Source: Candidatus Shapirobacteria bacterium
GTDB taxonomy: Bacteria > Patescibacteriota > Microgenomatia > UBA12405
Reading direction: 5' to 3'
DNA length: 51,018 nt
Assembly: GCA_017991615.1 (NCBI GenBank)
Contig: JAGOQF010000001.1
Coordinates: 1 to 51,018, forward strand
In this document: positions 45,952 to 51,018 of the stretch, one piece after another
How the letters are laid out: each line of letters opens with the position of its first letter
How positions within the stretch are numbered: position 1 is the first letter of the stretch
Program-made: the position numbers and the translations under genes
Notes under the pieces: model-generated
Told to the model about the DNA's origin: nothing
What the model saw: only the letters and a program-made list of their open reading frames with translations
Databases searched by the model: none

Positions 45952-47732
45952 TTTTTGGTTTGATGACTTTTTAATATTATACCAACAAAGCCAATTAAGG
46001 TAGCGGTAGCAGCAATTAGAATAATCAAATGAAACCAATATTGGTGATTATTGATTTTAAAATCAGCAGTGCCAGAATCGTGTTTGAGATTAACTTTTAA
46101 GATATAGTTTTGAGGCAGAATTGATTTGAAATAAGGAATGTTGGTAAGGTTGATATTGACTGATGACAGTGGTGGAATGACAGATATGGTTTGATTGATA
46201 TCTAATTGTTTGATAGCTAGGGTTAAATTTGAAATAGAATGGTAATTGGGATTGGTAATAGTCAATTGAAGCGGTTGATAAAATTTTGACGAAGAATTTA
46301 TTTTGAGGGGAATTTGATTGGTGCTTAGTTCTTCTTTGGCGAATTCAACAATGACGGTTTTAGTATCATGGTTGTTTTTATAGGCGCCGGGAGGTAGAGG
46401 TTGGCGGCTGTTGAGGCCATGAAAGACGAAAGCAAAATGGTTAGGGTCAAGATCGTTAAAATAATCAATTCCATTGGTGGTTTTGCCCCAAGTGGGGTCA
46501 ATTGATATCCAGGCTTGTTTGTTATGGTCATAATATTGTGGCCAGGCGTGAAGAATATCAGTATTAAGATTGATAGGTTTGATTTTTATATTATTACTGT
46601 AAGCAAATCCTTGGACTTCCCGGGCGGGAATACCTTTGATTCTGGCAAGGGTGATAAACAGGTCGGTAAATTCAGTGCAAAGTGAAGAGTTTGGGTTTGT
46701 TAAAGATTGAGAGGCTCCTTGACGAAGAGAGGTGTCAATATCAGTAGTTTGGTAGTTGAGATGATTAATAACGTAGTGATAAATATCTTTTGGAGTTTGG
46801 AGTTTAGTGGCAACATCGATAAGAGCGGGATCGTTTGTTTCCCAATAGATATTTGATTTTAGATAATCATTTGTGGAGATGGTGGCACGATTAAGATTTG
46901 AGTGGAGTATTTTAGCTTGACCATTGACACTAATATCAATTTCTTGACCAGTGGTTAATTGGTAGCCGGCAAGATAATTGCCGTCAGCGTCAATGGTAAT
47001 GTTGAGAGGTTGGGGTTCAATGGAGCGGTAAATAATTTTTTGACTGTCGGTTTCTGGCGGGAGAGCGATAGTGAAAATATCGGTTTTATTGGTAGAATTG
47101 TGGAGAAAATATTTGAATTTAAAATCAAAAAGTTGATAGTCGCCAAAAGTTATTAAAATTTTTTGTTTTTTGACATCTTGGAAGTAAATTTCAGTTTGAT
47201 TATTGAGAGCAACGACATGATGTGGAGGGACTGAAGTAAAAGAAATATTACCGAAAGTTGCGGGAACGGTGATATAAATATCTGATTTTTGGATATGGTG
47301 ATTGGTTTGGTTTTCAGGAAGAACTATTTCCCAAGTAGTCCCCTTTTGGGAGGCAAGATTGGAGAGTGAATAATTAAGATTAAACTTAGTAATTTGATTT
47401 TTACCAATGTTGGGTTCATTAAAGACTAGAGAAATTTTGGTGGTATCATTTTGTTGATCAATGTTTTTGACGATATTACCACCAAGATCGGTACTGATGA
47501 TATTGGTGATATTTGAAGAGGATAAGGAAACTTCGTATTCTTTAGGATAGATTTGAGAAAAATTATTGACAATGTCTGTTTGTTGAGAGACCAAGGCTTT
47601 GCCAGATAAATCGATTTGATATTTGGTTACTTGAGTTATATTGAATTCATCGGCAGAAAAGGCATTTATTGGAAAAGTGAGAGCCAATAAAATCACAATG
47701 ATAAGAGTCATAAAGATATTTAATATTATCAT
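45948..47732 (-). CDS. Membrane-anchored transglutaminase-like domain protein
   Basis: LCTEFTDLFITLARIKGIPAREVQG, HAW, W..IDPTW catalytic triad; signal peptide and C-terminal TM (start could be ATG 47711). Confidence 0.88.
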   Translation of the reverse strand: MIILNIFMTLIIVILLALTFPINAFSADEFNITQVTKYQIDLSGKALVSQQTDIVNNFSQIYPKEYEVSLSSSNITNIISTDLGGNIVKNIDQQNDTTKISLVFNEPNIGKNQITKFNLNYSLSNLASQKGTTWEIVLPENQTNHHIQKSDIYITVPATFGNISFTSVPPHHVVALNNQTEIYFQDVKKQKILITFGDYQLFDFKFKYFLHNSTNKTDIFTIALPPETDSQKIIYRSIEPQPLNITIDADGNYLAGYQLTTGQEIDISVNGQAKILHSNLNRATISTNDYLKSNIYWETNDPALIDVATKLQTPKDIYHYVINHLNYQTTDIDTSLRQGASQSLTNPNSSLCTEFTDLFITLARIKGIPAREVQGFAYSNNIKIKPINLNTDILHAWPQYYDHNKQAWISIDPTWGKTTNGIDYFNDLDPNHFAFVFHGLNSRQPLPPGAYKNNHDTKTVIVEFAKEELSTNQIPLKINSSSKFYQPLQLTITNPNYHSISNLTLAIKQLDINQTISVIPPLSSVNINLTNIPYFKSILPQNYILKVNLKHDSGTADFKINNHQYWFHLIILIAATATLIGFVGIILKSHQTKK

Positions 47733-47743
47733 AATTTGATTGA

Positions 47744-47771
47744 TTGACTTCGGGTATTATTCGTGTAATAT
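47744..47771 (+). promoter_or_regulatory. lexA promoter (apparently leaderless) with candidate operator
   Basis: TTGACT 47744-47749, TAATAT 47766-47771, ATG 6 nt later; TTCGG-N6-TTCGT direct repeat lies in the spacer. Confidence 0.55.
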
Positions 47772-47777
47772 TGGTTT

Positions 47778-48398
47778 ATGGCAACAGTATTGTATAAGCG
47801 GCAAAAACAAATTTTGGACTATATCGAAAAAAATATATCTGATTTGGGTTATGCGCCAACATTGACGGAGATTGCCCAACATTTAGGTTTATCTTCTTTA
47901 TCAACCGTTCACGAACATTTGTCGGTTTTGGAAAAGAAAGGATTAATCAGAAGGTATCGAGGGGCGGTTAGGGGGATAGAATTGCTTAAAAAAGAAACTG
48001 AAGAAAAGGTTGATGGATTGATTGAATTGCCTGTGTTAGGATTTATCGCTTGTGGTGAACCGATTGAACCTTATACTGATCCGAATGCGACTTTGGCGGT
48101 AAATTCGTCTTTGATTCGGCCGGGTGATAAATCATTTGTGTTGCAAGCTAAAGGTGATTCAATGATTGATGACGGTATTTTAAACGGTGATTATGTGGTG
48201 GTTAAAGAGCAGAGAAACGCTTATGATGGTGATATTGTAGTGGCGGTACTTAAAAATGGATTTGCAACTTTAAAAAGATTTTACAAGGAAGCAACTCGAA
48301 TTAGATTGCAACCGGCTAATTCAACGATGTCACCGATTTATGTGACAGATGTTGAAATTAGAGGTAAGGTGGTAGCAATTATTCGACAGTTTCATTGA
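47778..48398 (+). CDS. lexA: SOS repressor LexA
   Basis: Winged HTH (PTL.EIA..LGL.S.STVHEHL..LEKKGLI), IACG cleavage site, GDSM Ser and ATLKRF Lys. Confidence 0.96.
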   Translation: MATVLYKRQKQILDYIEKNISDLGYAPTLTEIAQHLGLSSLSTVHEHLSVLEKKGLIRRYRGAVRGIELLKKETEEKVDGLIELPVLGFIACGEPIEPYTDPNATLAVNSSLIRPGDKSFVLQAKGDSMIDDGILNGDYVVVKEQRNAYDGDIVVAVLKNGFATLKRFYKEATRIRLQPANSTMSPIYVTDVEIRGKVVAIIRQFH

Positions 48399-48865
48399 TA
48401 AGTATGGTAATAAGGGCAACAAATTGTTTTTTGTTAAGAGGTAATAGTGTTTGTTTGGGGATGAAAAAACGAGGTTTTGGAATTGGTTTATGGAATGGAA
48501 CTGGTGGAAAAATTATCAAAGGAGAATCAGTGGAAGAGACAGCTAAAAGAGAAGCTATGGAAGAGTTTGGTGTGGAAATAAAAACATCGGATTTGTCAAG
48601 TTTAGGAAAGATAGATTTTATTTTTAAGGATGGTTCAACTCATAAAGTTTATATTTTTGTATGTAAAAAATGGGAGGGAGAACCGAGTGAAAGTGAGGAA
48701 ATGAAGCCAAAATGGTTTTCTATAGATAATTTACCTTGGGATAATATGTGGTCGGATGATGAATTTTGGTTACCAAAAATTCTTGAAGGTAAAAGTATTG
48801 AAGGTAGGTTTTATTTTAATGATGATGGTAAAACTATAGAAAAATTTGATATAAAGGATTTGTAA
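48395..48865 (+). CDS. NUDIX 8-oxo-dGTP diphosphatase (MTH1-like)
   Basis: KKRGFG.G.WNG.GGK…GES.EETAKREAMEEFG; ESEEM.PKWF…MW.DD.FWLP (start could be ATG 48404). Confidence 0.88.
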   Translation: MISMVIRATNCFLLRGNSVCLGMKKRGFGIGLWNGTGGKIIKGESVEETAKREAMEEFGVEIKTSDLSSLGKIDFIFKDGSTHKVYIFVCKKWEGEPSESEEMKPKWFSIDNLPWDNMWSDDEFWLPKILEGKSIEGRFYFNDDGKTIEKFDIKDL

Positions 48866-48866
48866 A

Positions 48867-49532
48867 ATGTTGTATATAATTTCGACACCAATTGGAAATT
48901 TAGGAGATATAACGGTTCGAGCTAAGGAAGTTTTGGAAAGAGTGGAGTATTTGTTGTGTGAGGATACTAGAAACACAGGATTGATGTTGTTGAATTTGGG
49001 AATAAAAAATAAACCGAAATTAATTTCTTTTTATGATGAAGTTGAGGAACAAAAGATTCCGGAAGTTGTAAAGCTTTTGAAGGCAAATAAAGAGATTGGT
49101 TTGGTGACTGATGCGGGGACACCAGTAATATCGGATCCAGGATATAAATTGGTTGGAAAATGTCAAAAGTTGGGTTGTAAATATACTTCGATTCCTGGTC
49201 CAAGCGCGGTTATAAATGCGTTAGTGTTGTCAGGACTGTCAGCAGGTCGGTTTATGTTTTTGGGATTTTTACCTAAAAAATCAGGTGAGAGGAAAAAAAT
49301 TTTGGAAAAATATAAAAATTTTGAAGGGGCAAAGATTATTTATGAATCCCCTTTTAGGGTAACTAGGTTAGTTGAGGAAATAAAAACGGTAGCAGGAGAT
49401 GAAGTGAAGGTGGTTGTTTGTCGGGAGATGACTAAAAAATTTGAAGAAATAATTTTAGGAAACTCGGCTGAAGTTTTAGAAAAATTGAAGATTAAAAAGT
49501 TTAAAGGTGAGGTAGTAGTTATTTTCGAGTAA
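48867..49532 (+). CDS. rsmI: 16S rRNA (cytidine1402-2'-O)-methyltransferase
   Basis: LYIISTPIGNLGDIT.RA, EDTR, TDAGTPVISDPG, YESPFR, REMTKKFEE, KGEVV. Confidence 0.95.
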   Translation: MLYIISTPIGNLGDITVRAKEVLERVEYLLCEDTRNTGLMLLNLGIKNKPKLISFYDEVEEQKIPEVVKLLKANKEIGLVTDAGTPVISDPGYKLVGKCQKLGCKYTSIPGPSAVINALVLSGLSAGRFMFLGFLPKKSGERKKILEKYKNFEGAKIIYESPFRVTRLVEEIKTVAGDEVKVVVCREMTKKFEEIILGNSAEVLEKLKIKKFKGEVVVIFE

Positions 49533-51018
49533 CTTTTTTCTTTTCGGCAGCGGCGACAATTTCTCTGGTGGCGTCGATAGCATCGGGACTAACCGAGATA
49601 CTGGTAGCTCCCCATTTGACTAATTTTTCAACTAGTTCAGGATGGTTGCTGGGGGCTTGGCCACAGATAGAACAACTGATACCACGTTTTTTAGATTTGG
49701 TGACCAGTCGCTTGAGAGACCAGAGAACGGCTGGATCCATTTCGTTGAAGCTGGGAGCGACTTCGTTGTTGTCACGGTCGAGACCGAGAGTAAGCATGGT
49801 AAGATCATTGCTGCCGATAGAGATACCATCGATACCGACGTCAATAAATTTGTCCAAAAGAATGACATTGCTGGGGATTTCCGCCATCATATAGAATTTG
49901 AACGAAGGTGATCTTAAAAGACCGTTTTGGGCGACAATTTTTTTGACTTCAACTAACTCGTGTGGAGTTCTGACGAAAGGAATCATTAACCAAAGATTTT
50001 TGTAGCCATATTTGTTGCGAACCATTTTAATAGCTTCAAGTTCCATAGTAAAAACATCTTGAGATTGGATATATCGGGAAGCACCGCGAAAACCCATTAA
50101 GGGATTTGGTTCTTCTGGTTCGTAAAGTTTACCCCACTTGAGATAACGATATTCGTTGGTTTTAAAATCAGTGGCGCGATAAATTACTGGTCGGGGGTTG
50201 AAATTTTTACAAAATTGGAGTAGGTTTTTGGCAAGTTTATTGATAAACTTTTTTTGTTGATTTTTGGCAATAATATATTTGGGGTGGATACCAATGTTAG
50301 CCATCATAAATTCAGCTCTTAGTAAGCCGATACCATCGACATTCCGTTTGGATAAAGTTTTAGCCAATTCGGGTTCGCCAAGGTTGACGTAAACTTTAGT
50401 GGCAGTCTTGAAGGTTGGAGTTGGTTTGGTAGTGGGAGTGGAAATTTTTTGATCGGCAATAAGATTACCTTTCCAGATTTGTCCAGTGGTGCCGTTGATA
50501 GTAACAATATCCCCTTCTTTAAGGTCTTTGGTGGCGGTTTTGGTGCCAACAACACAGGGAACACTTAATTCTCGGCTGACAATGGCGGCATGAGAAGTTT
50601 GGCCACCTTTTTCGGTAATAATACCGTTGACTTTTTTCATAGCCGGGACAAAATCGGGGGTGGTCATAGTGGTGACCAAAATTTGGCCTTTTTGAGCTCG
50701 AGTAATTTCCTTGGGATTTTTGATAATGACAACAACTCCAGAACCTAAACCTGGACTGGCAGGATCGCCTGTTAAAATTGGGTCTTGGGTAAAATTGATT
50801 TGAGATGGTTGAGGTTGGTTAGTGTTGAGAGTAGTAATGGGTCGGGTTTGGACGATATAAAGTTTACCTCTATCAATAGCAAATTCAATGTCTTGAGGTT
50901 TGGCATAGTGATTGTGAAGTTTCTGACCAATTTTGGCAATTTTAATAGCCATAGAATCGTCAATTTTTTTGCGGTTGATTTTGGTTTTGGGAACGTTAGT
51001 TTCTTTAGTTTCGTTTTT
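49519..51018 (-). CDS. ppsA: Phosphoenolpyruvate synthase, 3' part (frame stays open to the window end)
   Basis: QDIEFA…Q.RPIT, GGQTSHAAIVSREL, EEPNPLMGFRGASRY, SIGSNDLT, SICGQAPS; 22 more in-frame codons upstream of the tracked start. Confidence 0.95.
   Translation of the reverse strand, partial: KNETKETNVPKTKINRKKIDDSMAIKIAKIGQKLHNHYAKPQDIEFAIDRGKLYIVQTRPITTLNTNQPQPSQINFTQDPILTGDPASPGLGSGVVVIIKNPKEITRAQKGQILVTTMTTPDFVPAMKKVNGIITEKGGQTSHAAIVSRELSVPCVVGTKTATKDLKEGDIVTINGTTGQIWKGNLIADQKISTPTTKPTPTFKTATKVYVNLGEPELAKTLSKRNVDGIGLLRAEFMMANIGIHPKYIIAKNQQKKFINKLAKNLLQFCKNFNPRPVIYRATDFKTNEYRYLKWGKLYEPEEPNPLMGFRGASRYIQSQDVFTMELEAIKMVRNKYGYKNLWLMIPFVRTPHELVEVKKIVAQNGLLRSPSFKFYMMAEIPSNVILLDKFIDVGIDGISIGSNDLTMLTLGLDRDNNEVAPSFNEMDPAVLWSLKRLVTKSKKRGISCSICGQAPSNHPELVEKLVKWGATSISVSPDAIDATREIVAAAEKKKVTRK

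Overview
A 51 kb stretch of an AT-rich bacterial chromosome read with the standard code (TGA is used as stop). Gene content and protein style suggest a Patescibacteria/CPR genome, probably Microgenomates; this is an inference. The backbone is housekeeping: the end of a type IV pilus locus (pilX-like, pilM, pilN, pilO), rpmF-nusB-rnc-rpsP-KH, recG, an M16 peptidase, a class A PBP, thrS-infC-rpmI-rplT, pheST, tig, efp, a DRG-type GTPase, an MtaB-like enzyme, tgt, secG, lexA, rsmI and ppsA (truncated by the window end). There are 14 tRNA genes, none encoding CCA. The most notable structure lies around the tRNAs. (1) A 2.9 kb four-gene operon (nucleotidyltransferase, NUDIX, MazG-like, radical SAM) sits between 72-bp direct repeats that copy the 5' part and -10 box of tRNA-Leu(CAG). 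(2) A 2.4 kb cassette (B12-binding radical SAM plus RmlD-like reductase) sits between 24-bp repeats of the tRNA-Val(GAC) 3' end. (3) tRNA-Pro(TGG) is flanked by copies of its own 5' and 3' fragments, each associated with a GC-rich palindrome. No integrase or transposase is visible in the window. Also seen: a 70-nt G-U-rich hairpin with its own -10 box inside a tRNA cluster, a roughly 1,530-aa adhesin whose membrane anchor is out of frame at an A7 tract, and apparently leaderless host genes versus Shine-Dalgarno-led cassette genes. No CRISPR array or rRNA was found.
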